Assembly (NCBI RefSeq): GCF_009914755.1
Contig: NC_060925.1
Reading direction: 5' to 3' (one strand)
Source: the human T2T-CHM13v2.0 reference genome, Homo sapiens
Length of the DNA stretch: 64,000 bases
Each line of letters opens with the position of its first letter. The stretch's first letter is position 1. The notes under the pieces were generated by a model. That model had not been told where the DNA came from and did no database searches. It saw nothing but the letters and a program-made list of their open reading frames with translations. Both the position numbers and the translations under genes were made by a program. Shown here one piece after another: positions 40,901 to 54,732 of this stretch.

Positions 40901-43900
40901 TGAATGTAAAACTGCTTTTGCAGTAGTCTCAAGTACATGTTACACTGATAACTCTTAGCAACTTTTACTTTTGTTGAAAAACCTGGTAAATAAGTGATTT
41001 TAATTATGTACTAGGTTTAGAGCCTAGGACACCAGACAGAAGAGTAGATAAGGTCTGACTCTTTCCAGCATAGCTAGGGGGCATGAATCTCTGTGTGTCC
41101 CCAGGCCTTACCTAGATTTAAAGCAGGCAAGTTGTACATTTAAGTCATAGCATTAGTTTATGAAACATTTAGTAGGCCTAATAACCTTTAAAATTCTTTA
41201 AATTTTTCCCTTTCATGAATATTTTTAATACTTACACAGATCATTTATGGCATGCTTGGACTTTCTCACTTGTCCTAAACATCCCTGTTTTTAAACAACC
41301 AGTTATTTTACTTTAGGGCAAGACTTTACCATACAAGATCCTTTGTCAGACAAAATATCTTTTTTTATAACCTTCATTGCCAGTAATACCTTTACTTTTA
41401 CAACCTTCAAAATAGAGAAGTCATTTTTTTTCTATTAGAAAGTTAAGGTTTGTATGGCATATTGCTGTGTGAGTTCTGAGAAGGGGGAGCAAATGAGGAG
41501 GTTGTATTTACATACTGTAGAAATTATCCCCCATCAAGAGACTGCTCAGTTAGATTTTTGCTAAGGTTTGTGTGTGTAAGTGTGGGCTAGTTCTAAACCC
41601 CTGAGGTAGAACCATCCAAGTTGAAATTGTTGGTTAAAGATTTAGCTAGCTTTTCCAGAAGAAATAGAGCTATTAGAGAGAAAGATGAATTTAGAGGTCA
41701 GGTAATTATTAAGCAGGCACCCATCTTGGAAATTGTATTTTTTGCCCCAAAGGTGTGTGAATCTTTTCTTTGGAGGAAAGTGGTGCCATTTGCCCACATT
41801 ATCCAACAGGATTTCAAGGAGAGTTGCTTAGAGAAAGAGATTATCACAGAGTAGGCAGCTCTTGAACCCAAAAGGGAAGTTTATAATTTTACTTGCCACC
41901 TCCAGACTTTCCCTTGGCTTTGTCCTATTGATGATGATGTCTGATTTGGAAGCAAGCCAGAGCAGAGAGCCTTTCAGCTCAAGGCCATCAGGGGTTGGGA
42001 TTCTGTCCCAGGGGCCCTTTGGCCCTCAGGACTGTTCTATTCCAGTGGCCAAATTTGTGGTAGAGAAGGCAAGCCATTTGAGGCCTTCTCCCATTTGTCC
42101 CATTGGGGCAGTTTTCCTTCCAGTGGCCTGGATTCCCACATCAATGGCAATTCCTTAAAGGAGTTTCCTTAGGGCAACCTGGAGGGGGCTTGAGAGCTAG
42201 TAAAGCAGCCAACAGTTGAATCTGCCTCTTGTCTCTGCCTTTCTCCTTTTTCTCCCAGTTCATTTTTAGGCCAAACTGTATTACAAAGGAAAACTAGTTT
42301 TTTTGTTTTAAGGTTTGGGGGAATCGAACTATTTCCAGTTTTGGGGGATGCACCCGAGGGGTGTGTCCTATGGTATGGAGACATGATTACCCATCTGTGA
42401 AGACAGAGCAGAGAAGTAAAAAGAATTAAAAAGAAAAAAGGCATCCCCTTTTGCTCTCCTTTCATTCTGAGTGGGCCACCCCCCATTCATCCTTAGGGTT
42501 TTGGAATAAATCCATCTTTCCAAGTACCGTTAACCCTGGTCCCATCTCATCACAATTACCCACTTGAGAACAGAGGAGATACTGGAGTGAACAGTGGTCC
42601 CCCAGTTCATCCTTACGGTTCTAGAATGAAGTGGTCTTACCATGTACCCCTAACCTTGTCTTCATCTCTGCTCTAATTGTAATCTGTTAGCCTGGGACCA
42701 ACCTTCCTCTCTGTCCTATGGGTCTCTTGTGCCCGCAGCCTTGGGCTATAGTGGCTCTCACTCAGAACATTTTAGCAACAAAATAATTATATCTTAGATT
42801 CCCGTTTCCCATGTTCTTCTTCTTTTTTTTTTTTTTTTTACATGGAGTCTCTCTCTGTCTCCCAGGAGGAATGCGGTGACAGTGATCTCGGCTTACTGCA
42901 GCCTCTGCCTCCCAGTTCAAGCAATTCTCCTGCCTCAGCCTCCCAAGAAGCTGGGACTACAGGCATGTGCCACCATGCCCAGCTAATTTTTTGTATTTTT
43001 AGTAGAGACAGGGTTTCACCATGTTAGCCAGGATGGTCTTGATCTCCTAACCTCGTGATCCACCTGCCTCAGCCTCCCAAAGTGCTGGGATTGCAGGCAT
43101 GAGCCACCGCACCCGGCCTTGCATGTTCTTTAAGTTGATGAGAAACCTGTATTTTTAGCTAACTGCTACAAGGGGGTTGGACTTCCCTCCCTTTGAATAT
43201 GACCTTGAAGATCTTGAGGCCTGTTGAGAAAGGTGTAGAAGTGATTAGAGAAATGGAGGCTACAGGAAGAAGTGGGAGGAAGCTAGAGGAATACTCCTGT
43301 AATGCCTTCATGTGCTTGCAAAAATAGCAGCTCTTGGATTCGAGAGGGAAACATATATTTGCCCTCTTGACATAAAGTAATAACCTCCAGGGGACTTAGG
43401 CCTTGGGGTAAGAACTCTCAAATGGCAAAGGAAGAATTTTCCCTCCTCCAAAAGGGGGTGCTAATTAAAAAAAAAAACAAGTAGATGGCATCCTTAAAGA
43501 ACCACAGAGTGAGGCCTTGTGCAGGTGAGACAAACTGCTTCAAAAACCACCAAAAAACTTAGCCCTGGAGTGTAACAGGAACAAAAAGCATTTGGTAAGT
43601 TATAAGAAGCTGGCAGAGCCAGGGCTCCAATTAGTGTCTGTCTCAGCAATGTGCCAACAGACAGGGTAAGGGTTTGAGGTCATCCAAGCTAATAAGGTAA
43701 AAACAAGTTTAAATCTCAGGAGATATCTGCAAGGAAGCCTGTGTCTTTGCTGCTGCACAAATGCAACAAGAGCCACAGGAACACAAATAACAGGGAAGGT
43801 GTGTTAAAGGAGTTACATGGTAAGCAAAGTGAAAGCAAAGAGGCAGACTTGGCCCCAAGGTGGATGGTCCAGTTGGTACACTAGGTCATTTCAGAATATA

Positions 43901-44995
43901 CACAGAGAAAACAGGAGAATGGGTGGTATGGGTTTTTTTCTTATTATTTTTATTGAAAAGAGCTGATTTTATTTGAAAAAACATAGAAAACCTCAGCAAT
44001 CTCACAGTTTTAGTTTTTAGCCCTACCACTCTAACGAGCCTCTTGTCCAGGAGGGCCATTAGTGCCTCAGATCTACTCAGTACAGACCCAAGGTCCTTCC
44101 CACCCCTGCAAGTCACCTTTCACGGTTAGCTGAGAGATCAGCCAAGGGGGAAAGAGCAACTTGTGGCCAAGAGGAATCATTCTGGGGCTTTGTTAGTAAG
44201 CAGGAGGGTGAAAGAGGAGAAGAAAACCATGTACAGTGGTTGACTGCCTCTTGCCAAAGATGAGCCGTAGAGGTGTCTTACCGCTTAGGGGCACCAAAGT
44301 ATGTTACTAGTGGAAAATTCTTACAGATCTGCACCAACCTCAATTCTTGCCTCCTCAGAAGAATTTGACTGAGGGGCATAAGGTAGAAGAAAAGACCAAG
44401 GCAAGTTTTGGAGCAGGAGTGAAAGTTTATTAAAAAGTTTTAGAGCAGAAATGAAAGGAAGTACACTTGAAAGAGGTCCAAGCAGACCACTTGTGAGATC
44501 AAGTGCCCTGTTTGACCTTTGACTTGCGGTTTTATATGTTGGCATTCTTCCAGGGTCTTGCATCCCTTCTCCCCTGATTCTTCCCTTCAGATGGGTTGTC
44601 CCCATGCACATTGGCCTTCTAGCATATGGGAGGTGAACACGCACTGTGTATTTACTGGAGTTGTATGCATTCCCACTTGAGGTGTTCTTCTCTTAGCAGT
44701 CGAATGTCCCTGGGTGGTCATATAACAGTTAAACTCTGCCATTTTGCCTCTTAATGCACACGCTTGAGCTCACTTGCCCAATGCCTGAGATTGTATCAGG
44801 AAGCTGCTGATCACCAGTTTCAGATTATTTCTTTTGGGAGACCCTCTCCCTGGCACCACTATAACCAATTATTATTTTAGAGAGACAGTTAACAACCACC
44901 TGACAATTGCCTTACGGCTGCTTGACATTCCTGGTGTGTGCAGGGGAAGCCCTCTCCTGCCCTGCTCTTGCCTGACTAGCTACTTAATGGTAATA
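37907..44995 (-). mobile_element. MER50 ERV1 provirus: 3' LTR 37907-38610, internal region, 5' LTR 44302-44995
   Basis: Two ~700-bp direct repeats; 4-bp TSD CTTC at 37903-37906 and 44996-44999; polypurine tract GGGTGGGAGAA next to 38610; PBS stub TGGTGCC near 44296; Gag matrix remnant LKTKKLVFLCNTVWPK. Confidence 0.9.
42819..43118 (-). mobile_element. AluSc-like inside the MER50 internal region
   Basis: Alu arms; TSD CATGTTCTT on both sides. Confidence 0.93.
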
Positions 44996-45198
44996 CTTCT
45001 ACAATAAGGTTTACCCTCTCAGAATGCTTTCTTTCAGAATGTAAGAGCTATGCTATAAGTTAGTCCTAACTCTCCTGCTGGAGAGAGGGGCCACATGGCA
45101 AGGCCCTGGAGGATGCAATATCATGTTTAAAGCCAGCAACAATGAGGATAACTGAGGCCCTCAGCCATCAGTCAATGCCAAGTCCCAGTAGGTGAGAG

Positions 45199-45912
45199 TA
45201 AACCCACTTTTGCAAAAATTATCAATGAGAAAATTATGACAGTGAAAGAAATCTGAGCTAAACCAGCCCCCATCTTGCTTTTTCCTTAATTATTCATGGG
45301 TTATTGGGTTGAGCTAACTTTGGAAGATATTCAGGCTATAGTTCAAATGGTAATGGGCCTTGCCCAAAACTCAACCACTTTTGTAAAGCTAACGAAAGGC
45401 CATTAGGCTATGGGGAGGAGAGGAGCCTGAGTTCTGCTAAGGCACAGGCACAAGTGACAGTCAGCCATTATTCCAGAGGTTATAAGATATGCAACTCCTC
45501 CAATTACTTCTGTAAATAATATCACTATTGTAAAACCTAAGATTGGCCTTTTGAAATATCTTTTAAGTTTTTTTTATGTCTGATACCCATAGCTCCACCT
45601 GAATCCACCTGGACCTGCCAAACTAGCTCCTGTGGCCCCACCCAGAAATGATTCAGCATGCAGGATAGTTTTGACTCCCTATGATTTCATCTCTGCCCCA
45701 ACCAATCATTAGCAAGCCTAGCCACCCCACCCCTTTCCCCAAACTGCTTTTGAAAAACCCCTAACCTACAAACATTGGACAAGAATGATTTCAGAACTAG
45801 CTCCATGTCCCATGTGGCATGGCTGGCCTCGTGTCTATTAAACTGTTAATTTACTGCAATGCCATGGTCTGTCTTTAAGCAACAGACAGGAAGAACCTCT
45901 CAGGCTGTTATA
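45199..45912 (+). mobile_element. LTR8A/B-like ERV1 solo LTR
   Basis: CCACTTTTGCAAAAATTAT...TTATGACAGTGAAAGA start, GAAGAACCTCTCAGGCTGTTATA end; 4-bp TSD AGAG at 45195-45198 and 45913-45916. Confidence 0.85.
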
Positions 45913-46615
45913 AGAGAAGCCTTCTTGAACCTTCCAGCTCAGCCTATCCAGCTGAATTCAGGCCGAGAGTGCCCCCAGTGGACACCATATGGAGCACAAG
46001 AAAAGCCCAATCAACCTGCAGAATCATAAGAAACAATAAATCCTTGTATTTTTAAGCCATTAAGTTTTGAATACTTTGTTATAAGTAACACGTAAAAAGC
46101 ACCATGCAAGATGTTCTATTCAGACCTGATATTAGAAAATTTTGCTTTCTCATATAAAAGGAGTATTACCTTAAAAGCTAAAATATGCATTCCCTTCCTT
46201 CTATATCTTCTTCATTTCCAATTAACTTGGAAATCTGTATTAAACTAAAAATTTGATGTTGTCAGTGTTGTTATAGTTTATTTTTCTCACCTGTAATATT
46301 TATATGATTTAGAAAAGAAACTCTATCTACATTCTAAAACAAAGAACAAGTGACTCAGTGGCATAGAATACAGATGCATGACCAGGTCAAAGTGTTGGAG
46401 TAATAATATCCTCCTTTTCCTACACAATTTTTCCTTTTCTACACAATTTTTCTCAACTATTTTGTTTTACTACTTCTGTGACTAGCAGGTTCAACCATGT
46501 GTATTTAACTGTCAGGAAATTTTGTTTAAAATTTTGTTAATTTTTTTCTTAGACATGCAATAACCCAAACAATGACTAGATCTGGATGAAATTATACTTC
46601 TCATATATATGGTCC

Positions 46616-47135
46616 TGTATGAGCCAGGGTTCTCTAGAGAAACAGAACTAATAGGATAGAGGTACATATAAAGAGGAGTTTATTAAGGACTATTGACTTA
46701 CACGATCAAAAGGTGAAGTCCCACAATAGGCTGTCTGCAAGCTGAGGAGCAAGGAAGCCAGTCTGAGTCCCAAAACCTCAAAAGTAGGAAAGCCAACAGT
46801 GCAGCCTTCAGTCTGTGGTTGAAGGTCCAGGAGTCCAAAAGCTGAAGAACTTAGAGTTTGATGTTTGAGGGCATGTAACATCCAGCACAGGAGAAAGATG
46901 TAGGCTGGAAAACCAAGCCAGTCTAGTCTTTGCATATTCCCCTGCCTACTTTTATCCTAGCTGTGCTTACAGCTGATTAGATGGTGCCTACCCAGATTGT
47001 GAATGGGTCTGCCTCTCCAAGTCCATTGACTCAAATGTTAATCTCCTTTGGCAACACCCTCACACACACACACCCAAGAGCAATACTTTGAATCCTTCAA
47101 TCCAGTCAGGTTGATACGCAATATTAACATTTACA
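46616..47135 (-). mobile_element. MLT2A2-like HERV-L solo LTR
   Basis: CAGGGTTCTCTAGAGAAACAGAACTAATAGGATAG; CAAATGTTAATCTCCTTTGGCAACACCCTCAC. Confidence 0.9.
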
Positions 47136-47488
47136 GCACCTATTTCCTTGGGGAATATAGTACTTCATTGATTCTAGGACTCATTCTTGCTTTTATATTT
47201 TAATATCTCTTAAATTTAGATTCTTGAAATTATAAGAAGGCAGTGATATATTAATTAACTCGTTTATTATTGGTAATACACAAAATTATGCATTTTTAAA
47301 TATTTCATATCTTAAATATAATGAAATTTAACATAACATATATTCCATGTTTGATAGGTTCTATCATGTTGAATGCCTTGTCTACTAAGTCATGATGCTG
47401 TGAACCATTCTGCCCTAAAGGCTTCTGTGATAATCAGTGGAACTGGCTCTGTGAATAAGCCATCCTAAGCATTTAAACACTGGTGCTA

Positions 47489-47720
47489 ATGAAACAGCCT
47501 CATTGTCTGGGGTGCCACCCAAAGTTCGTTGTCTCATGGCTGAGGAAATCAATGATGTGGACACACAAAGGGTGAGGTTGGAGAAGTTTAATAAGGGAAA
47601 GAAAAAAAGCTCTCAGGCTGCAAAGAGGGGTCCTGAAAAAGGGTTGCCATTTCACAGTTGAATACTGAGGCTTTGTAAGTAACCAGTGAGGGCGGGGCAT
47701 CTTATTTTCCATCCATGGAA
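47489..47720 (-). mobile_element. LTR9/MER61-like ERV1 LTR 3' fragment
   Basis: TGAAACAGCCTCATTGTCTGGGGTGCCACCC terminus; TTTAAT poly(A) signal in antisense. Confidence 0.65.
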
Positions 47721-47724
47721 AATA

Positions 47725-48046
47725 AGACATGGATGAAGCTGAAAACTATCATTCTCAGAAAACTATCACAAACACAGAAAACCAAACACCATATGTTCTC
47801 ACTCATAGGTGGGAAATGAACAATGAGAACACCTGGACACAGGGCAGGGAACATCACACACTGGGGCCTGTTGAGGGGTGGGGGACTGGGGGAGGGATAG
47901 CATTAGGAGAAATACCTAATGTAAATGACGAGTTGATGGGTGCAGCAAACCAACATAGCACATGTATACCTATGTATCAAACATGCATGTTGTGCACGCG
48001 TACCCTAGAACTTGAAGTATAATAAAATAAATAAATAAATAAAAAA
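47725..48046 (+). mobile_element. L1PA (PA7-like) 3' end
   Basis: GACATGGATGAAGCTG...CCTAGAACTTGAAGTATAATAA followed by an (AAAT)n tail. Confidence 0.92.
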
Positions 48047-48049
48047 TCT

Positions 48050-48450
48050 AAATAAAATTTGAAAGAATGGTACAATGAAAACCCATATACATTTGTTCTA
48101 GACTTACTACATATGCCTTTTGTGTGTGTGTATGCTTTATTTTGTGAAACCACTTGAAAGTAAGATGTAGACATCATGACCCTTCATCTCAAAGATTTCA
48201 ACATGCATCTCCTACACGATCATAGACAATCATCACTTCTAAAAAACAAAAGAACTATAATTCTATACTATCTAATATACTACCCATATTCAAATCTATA
48301 TAAGTGTGCCAAAAATGACATTCACACACACATATATATCTCACACACACAAATATATACCTACACACACACACACACGTTTCCAATTCAGAATTCAATA
48401 AACTTGTATGGGCTTTTTGTGGGTATGAATTTTCAGTTTCTTTAAATATA
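48050..48450 (-). mobile_element. L1MC4/5 3' fragment with (CA)n
   Basis: CCACTTGAAAGTAAGATGTAGACATCATGACCCTTCA. Confidence 0.6.
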
Positions 48451-49390
48451 GAAGATTATCTTACCTGTTTAAAAAAATAAAGTAAAAATTTAAGGCCTTT
48501 TTCATGCCATCCCCCTTTCACCAAGATATCTTATTTGTAATGAAATCATCTGGCAGAAATCAAATAATTCTATTATTAATTTGATCTACGTTAAGTGAAG
48601 TGTTATATAAATGTTTGCTTTAACTGCTAAGAACTGACACTAAAGGATTTATATTCTATACTGATGAATAATATCAGACTGTGTCTCATGCCCCTTAATG
48701 AAATTTTGACCTTATTTCACTCTTGAAAAATCTCTGCTCTCGAAAGCTGTAATTCTGCTGAATTATTTCTCAAATACTTAAGGAGTCATACTGTGTAATA
48801 TTAGCCATACTTCACAGTGTGCAACATTATGTTGCATGTACATTTTACTATTGAGTAGTTTTATTTTGTAGTCTTGCTAGTGCCATCATATAATTAAACT
48901 GTGAACTCATGTGGTATAAAGGTCAGATACTTTGTACAAAAGTAAATGCTATGTGTATTTAGGGTTCTACTCATTGCACATTGAGATCAACACAAGGAAA
49001 GAATAAATCATGTAAGTTACAATGGAAATTTCTTGTCTTTGAAACAGGTTTTGTCGTATCTCACTATTGTAAAGAAATCTACAAAAAAATTTCAAAATAT
49101 GCCTCTATTTTCTTGGGATACTCATGGAAGAAAAATATAAAATATACATTTTAGATATTTTCAGCCTAACCACAAATAAGACTGATGAGTTTCACTGGTG
49201 GCTGCATTTTTTCTTCTTAACAATTTCCCCTGTTAATCTACCTTGTTTTATTTTCTTGTGGTTGCTTTCACAGTAGAAATATACTATGGTTTTCTTTCTG
49301 ATAACCAGAAATTTAGAAAATTGTAGCTGATCAATTTTTTGTTTTTCAGTTTTTAAAATGGACAAAATGTTTTCAAAGTATTTATTTTGA

Positions 49391-49706
<316 letters not shown>

Positions 49707-50088
49707 TGAAATGTGTTTCTTTAAAGTTCAAGAGAATATGTTTGCATATACTAACTATATTTATTCCATCTCACGCTAGTACATGGAGATTCCAGAGAAT
49801 CCAAGGCTTATCCAGTCTTGGAAATTATTATTATTAGATGAGCCACCAAAATATTAACATCAATGGTTCTTAGTAAAACATATTCCAGTTGTTTCTTGAG
49901 AACATTCTTAAACTTAAATGGGCCAGGTGCTGATATGATAAAATAATCATAATTTTATCAGATTACTTTTCAACAATTTAGGAGATCATTTGAAAGTTGT
50001 TTATTCATTTATCTATAAGATGAAAATTATTTTAGGTTAGATAAATATCTTAAAGTTCCAATCCTTCGCTTGATGTTTGTTATCTTCT

Positions 50089-50395
50089 TTTTTTTTTATC
50101 TTGCTCGGTCGCCCAGGCTGGAGTACTGTGGCGCGATCTCAGCTCACTGCAACCTCTGCCTCCCAATTTAAGCAATTCTGCCTCCGTCTCCTGAGTAGCT
50201 GGGATTACAGGTGCGTGCCACCATGCCTGGCTAATTTTTGTATTTTTAGTACAAAATTTTGTATTTTGTATTTTGTATTTTTAGTAGGTTTCTCCATGTT
50301 GGCCAGGCTGGTCTTGAACTCCTGACCTCAGGTGATCCACCTGCCTCAGCCTCCCAAAGGGCTGGGATTACACGTGTGAGCCACAGTGCCTGACA
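50089..50395 (-). mobile_element. AluSx-like with a rearranged linker
   Basis: Perfect 17-bp TSD GATGTTTGTTATCTTCT at 50072-50088 and 50396-50412. Confidence 0.95.
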
Positions 50396-51039
50396 GATGT
50401 TTGTTATCTTCTACCATATGCCTTCCTAAATAGAGAGTCCATGAAGAGGATTTCTGAAGTAAAATTCTAAGTAAATATCTATACCTGTATTTATCTGAGA
50501 AAAATATCCAGAACTTTTATAGGATTCCCAAAGTAGTTCTGTAAAATAGTTTATTCTTCCACTCAAAGGATATATACATTTTTTCATCTAGAATGGTTTC
50601 ATTTGGTTAATTTCTGGATGTAGAAATTAATCAAATGAAAGCCAAGTAATTCAGCTTAGCATATTTAAGTAAAACAAAAGTCCATAATTAAGCATCCTTG
50701 AAATTGTCATAGTTGCCTTTGTTTGGGGATTATTCTGAAAATTTATAGATTGTGAGTTTCAGAAATACATTAATATCATTGGTTCACTACTGTTTCCCTC
50801 TTTTAGTTAGAGTTTGGGATTAGAAATACATGATTGAACTTTATCTTTCTAGTTGTTATATTTCACTGAATAAGTGATTTAGTGGACAATTTCATGGCTC
50901 AAGGAAAATTAAAAAATAGGTTTGCTTGTTTTATAAATGGCACAACATTTTAACTTCAGCTGTATCTTGATGTATATTATTTTCTAATATTAATGATAAT
51001 CTTCATATTTTATTTGTGCTCTCCACTCTTCACTGATAA

Positions 51040-51335
51040 AGTTCTATTCATTCTCTAGGCATTTTCTTGAAGTCTCACTTCCCCAGGTAACCCCCACTCC
51101 CATGTTAAAGGTTACATTAATCTCTTTGTTGGGTACACTCCCCTAGTAACCTTCACTTTCACTTTATAATATACATTTCACTTGTACTTATTTGTTCAGT
51201 GTGAACTCTATTTCTGGACTTTTAACTTCCCAGGAACAGAGACTGTGGCTGTATTGCACATAAATTATATTTCAATATCTAGAGAGTCTTGGCTCACAGT
51301 AAATTCAATATGTATTTGTGGATTGGGTAGATTAA
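51040..51335 (+). mobile_element. L2 3' region
   Basis: GGACTTTTAACTTCCCAGGAACAGAGACTGTG...CTTGGCTCACAGTAAATTCAATATGTATTTGT. Confidence 0.6.
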
Positions 51336-53691
51336 ATGGGAAAAAGTTCTAAATATAGTAGGATTATCCTTACGTATTGTTTTCTGATTCCTGAAGATCT
51401 GTCAAATTTTAGTTCTTCTGGAGAATCTGGGAGAATTAGAGATTAATTTTACCAGTTTTTTAAAATCTCAGGAAGGCTTGGTGAGCTACCATTAGTTCAG
51501 AAATTTGGAGAGGCTGAAGATACACAAAAGTCCTTATCACTTATCTCATTCCTTAAAGATAATCCAAAACAGGGAACAAAATACCTTCCACAACCTTGAT
51601 CCATAGAGTTTGGTCTGGGAAATCAAAAGGGTAAAGAAAAAACGGAAAGCAAATATCTCTGTTCATGTAAGTGGAAATTTTTAGAGAGAAGAATCCCAAA
51701 CTCTTCCAAGAAGCCCAAAGTCTCCCTCTTGTAATGTTAAAGTCCTCATTTGAATGGAGATATTTGGAACCTTACTGTACATACGTATTACCCCTGAATA
51801 ATTTAATTTTGAGCTACATTTTAAAATCCGATGATTAATATATGAAGTAAAAGGATACAGACAGATGCTAAACATTATTCAGAAAATTCAAGTTTATATT
51901 ATTTTAAAATAGTATTAAAAACATAAAAACAATATTAGGATATCATATGCACTTATTATTCATTTCATTCTAGGAAATGTGAAGCCAGAATTATTCTTGT
52001 TTTGATGTATCTTCTTGGACATAAGTTTCCCCCAATTAGAATTACTAATGGAAATGTATTTGTGAACTGTGAAGCAGATGGCTTGGAAATACGGCTTTTT
52101 TTTTTTTTTTTTCAGCATAGCAATGTTTATGTCAAAATTCAAACTGCACCAATTTTAACATTAATGATCAGAATATTCTACAAGACCCGTTGTTATTTAA
52201 ATGATTATTTAAAATATTTTATTTGTAAGATTGAGTATTTGTGAGTATTAGACAATGCAAAGAGGCATTTTAGAGTTAACCCATTAATAATTCAGTGTCA
52301 GCAAATTCTTGATTTATATGCAGTAATGAAAGAATATTTTGGCAGAGATGTTATAAAAGAAAAGCTATAAAAATTATAGCATGTTTGTTTTGAAGATAGA
52401 CATAGTACTTACATTCTGAATATTGGTATATAAAATGATCTTTCAAAAAAGTAATTAGACAATATCTCAGGAAATATCTGAATAATCACTAGTATATGAA
52501 AAAAATTACAGATAATTTAATTTTTAAAAAGATTTGTCCAAAAATGTTGAAAGTGTGGAAACATAATCTGCAAAAACTTTATTTACATGTTGTGACATGC
52601 CTTTTTTTTCTCATTAGGTGCCTTAGCTTTTGCTATTAATTTTTGTTTCCTTTTCAAAAACAGATATTTGAAATTTTTGTATCTGAGCTGGGTGTACAGA
52701 GAAGACAAGAAAGTCTTTTCCACTCTTAGTCATCATTCTAACTGTATGTCCAAAATAGGAAACGTTGAACATATCAGCTGAGGATTGCATGGGATGTGTG
52801 GAAAAGGTCGACTGAAATTTTTGACTTATAAGGGCTATATTTCCTATGAAGTTGACTGCTAAGAATCAAGACCTATATTTAGAAATAATGCATTCAAAAT
52901 TCTTTATATGACATTTTATAATTTATCACCTGACTAGAAGAAAGTTATATCCTGTTCCTGTACAACTGAAATATATTATTTCTGAGAAACAGAAAAAATC
53001 TTTTCCTTTGCATGATATTCTTATGGAATTATGCAAAACAGATATTTTCATTTTGTATTTGGCTAAGTGTAAAGAGGTTTGTTACATTATGAACATTAAT
53101 TTTTACAGAAAAAAATTACTTTCACAGTTTGTCTTAAAAATGAAACATAATTGGACATGGCCAATTTGACTTTGGAAAAGTTGCATTTCGAGAGAAATAA
53201 AACTATTGAGTATGATGAAGTTCATCCTCTGATAATAACCTTGATTCTAACCATCCAACATCAACAGAATGTTACCTTAGGACTAGAATTTGCCTTACAT
53301 GCAAAAAGGTGTCATTCACAGCTATAAAAAGTGTGGCTTTTTCATTTTCAAAATGCATGCCCAAAAGCTTAAAGAATTTCAAAATCCTCCTTCATTCTTC
53401 CTGTGAATGTGGAAGTCTGCCAGAAGTTTCTCATAGATTATCTTTAAACAAATGCCTGACTAATGCCAGAAAGTATGTTACTTTATGTACTTTGCAATAC
53501 TTGACTCTAGATTTTTATTTGCATATCAAAAATTGTATCCAAAACTGCTTTTAAAACTACAGTTAAAACAAAAGCACGATGAAATAATATTCTAATAAAT
53601 TGTTCCAAAATTAGCCTTTAAATAGAATTAGCTCCCACATACCCATCTCCCAGCCTCAACAATTTTGCCAATTTTGTTATATTTATTTTCC

Positions 53692-53968
53692 CATTTTTAA
53701 ACTGATATAAAATAACTGGACATATTTATGAGGTACATGCTTACAATGTATAATGATTAAATCAGGGTAACTGAGACATCCATCACTCAAATATTTACCA
53801 TTTCTTTGTGTCAAGAATATTCCAAATGTTCTCTTCTAGCTATTTTGAAATATACAATAAATTATTGGTAACTATTGGGTTATTGTGCTATTGGTTCTAG
53901 AATTTATTCTTTCTATCTAACTGTATTTCTGTGCCCTTTAACCAACCTCTCTTCATCCCCTCCTCTAC
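53692..53968 (-). mobile_element. L1MA 3' end nested in L1MC-type remnants
   Basis: TCTTCTAGCTATTTTGAAATATACAATAAATTATT. Confidence 0.75.
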
Positions 53969-54041
53969 TTCTTTTTAAATTAAAATATTTAAAAGAAAAT
54001 TTCAGGCATTATGTTATTTTACCCATAAATGGTTCAGCAGG

Positions 54042-54428
54042 TAACATGGTTAGGCTTTTGCCCCCACCTAAATCTTTTCTTGAATTATAATCCCCATAAT
54101 CCCTATAATCCTCGTGTGTCAAGGAAGATACCAGGTGGACATAATTGGATCATGGGGCCAGTTTTCCCCATGCTGTCCCTGTGATAGTAAGTGTGTTCTC
54201 AGGTGATCTGATGGTTTTATAAGTGTTTGGTAGTTCCTCCTGCATTCATTTGCCTTCCTGAGGCCTTGTGGAGAAGGTGCCTTGCTTCCCTTTCTCCTTC
54301 CCCCATGATTGTAAGTTTCCTGAGGCTTCCCCAGCCATGCTGAACTGTGAGTCAATTAAAGCTCTTTCCTTTAGAAATTATTCAGTCTCAGGCAGTTCTT
54401 CACAGCAGTGTGAAAACAAACTAATACA
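54042..54428 (+). mobile_element. THE1D-like MaLR solo LTR
   Basis: CATGATTGTAAGTTTCCTGAGGC...ACTAATACA; TSD G(C/T)AGG at 54037-54041 and 54429-54433. Confidence 0.88.
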
Positions 54429-54732
54429 GTAGGCATCATTAATTAATAAAGACTTTCATTTTTAAAGTTGCTACCATTCAATTATCTCACTCCATATAAT
54501 TAAAAATAATTATTTTCATCCACCACTGCTTAGATGTTTAAAAATATCAAATCATCAGAAAAATCGCAACTAGAGTACAAAAAAATACCTGCATACCTTC
54601 TCTTCACTTAGATTTGGCATTTGTTAAAATTTGGCCAAATTTACCCTTTCTCTCTTTTTTTCTCTCTTGTTCAGGTCCATGTACTTGGACACATTCTCTC
54701 TCATGCTTGTTTTATTTTCAAAGCCATTTGAC

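Larger units (their letters stand above)
37806..46100 (+). mobile_element. MLT1G/H-like LTR in three pieces (37806-37906, 44996-45198, 45913-46100)
   Basis: TTTGGTCAATGAGACATTAGCAAAAGTGATACAAGCAG; GGAGAGAGGGGCCACATGG; TTTTAAGCCATTAAGTTTTG. Confidence 0.7.

Noticed and set aside
47095-47112. DUX4-type motif in the MLT2A LTR (and TAATTGGATCA in the THE1 LTR near 54142)
   Set aside because: Both copies deviate in the AATCA core (CAATCCAGTCA; GGATCA), so binding cannot be claimed
48820-48836. 8-bp inverted repeat TGCAACAT-T-ATGTTGCA
   Set aside because: Short enough to occur by chance in 64 kb
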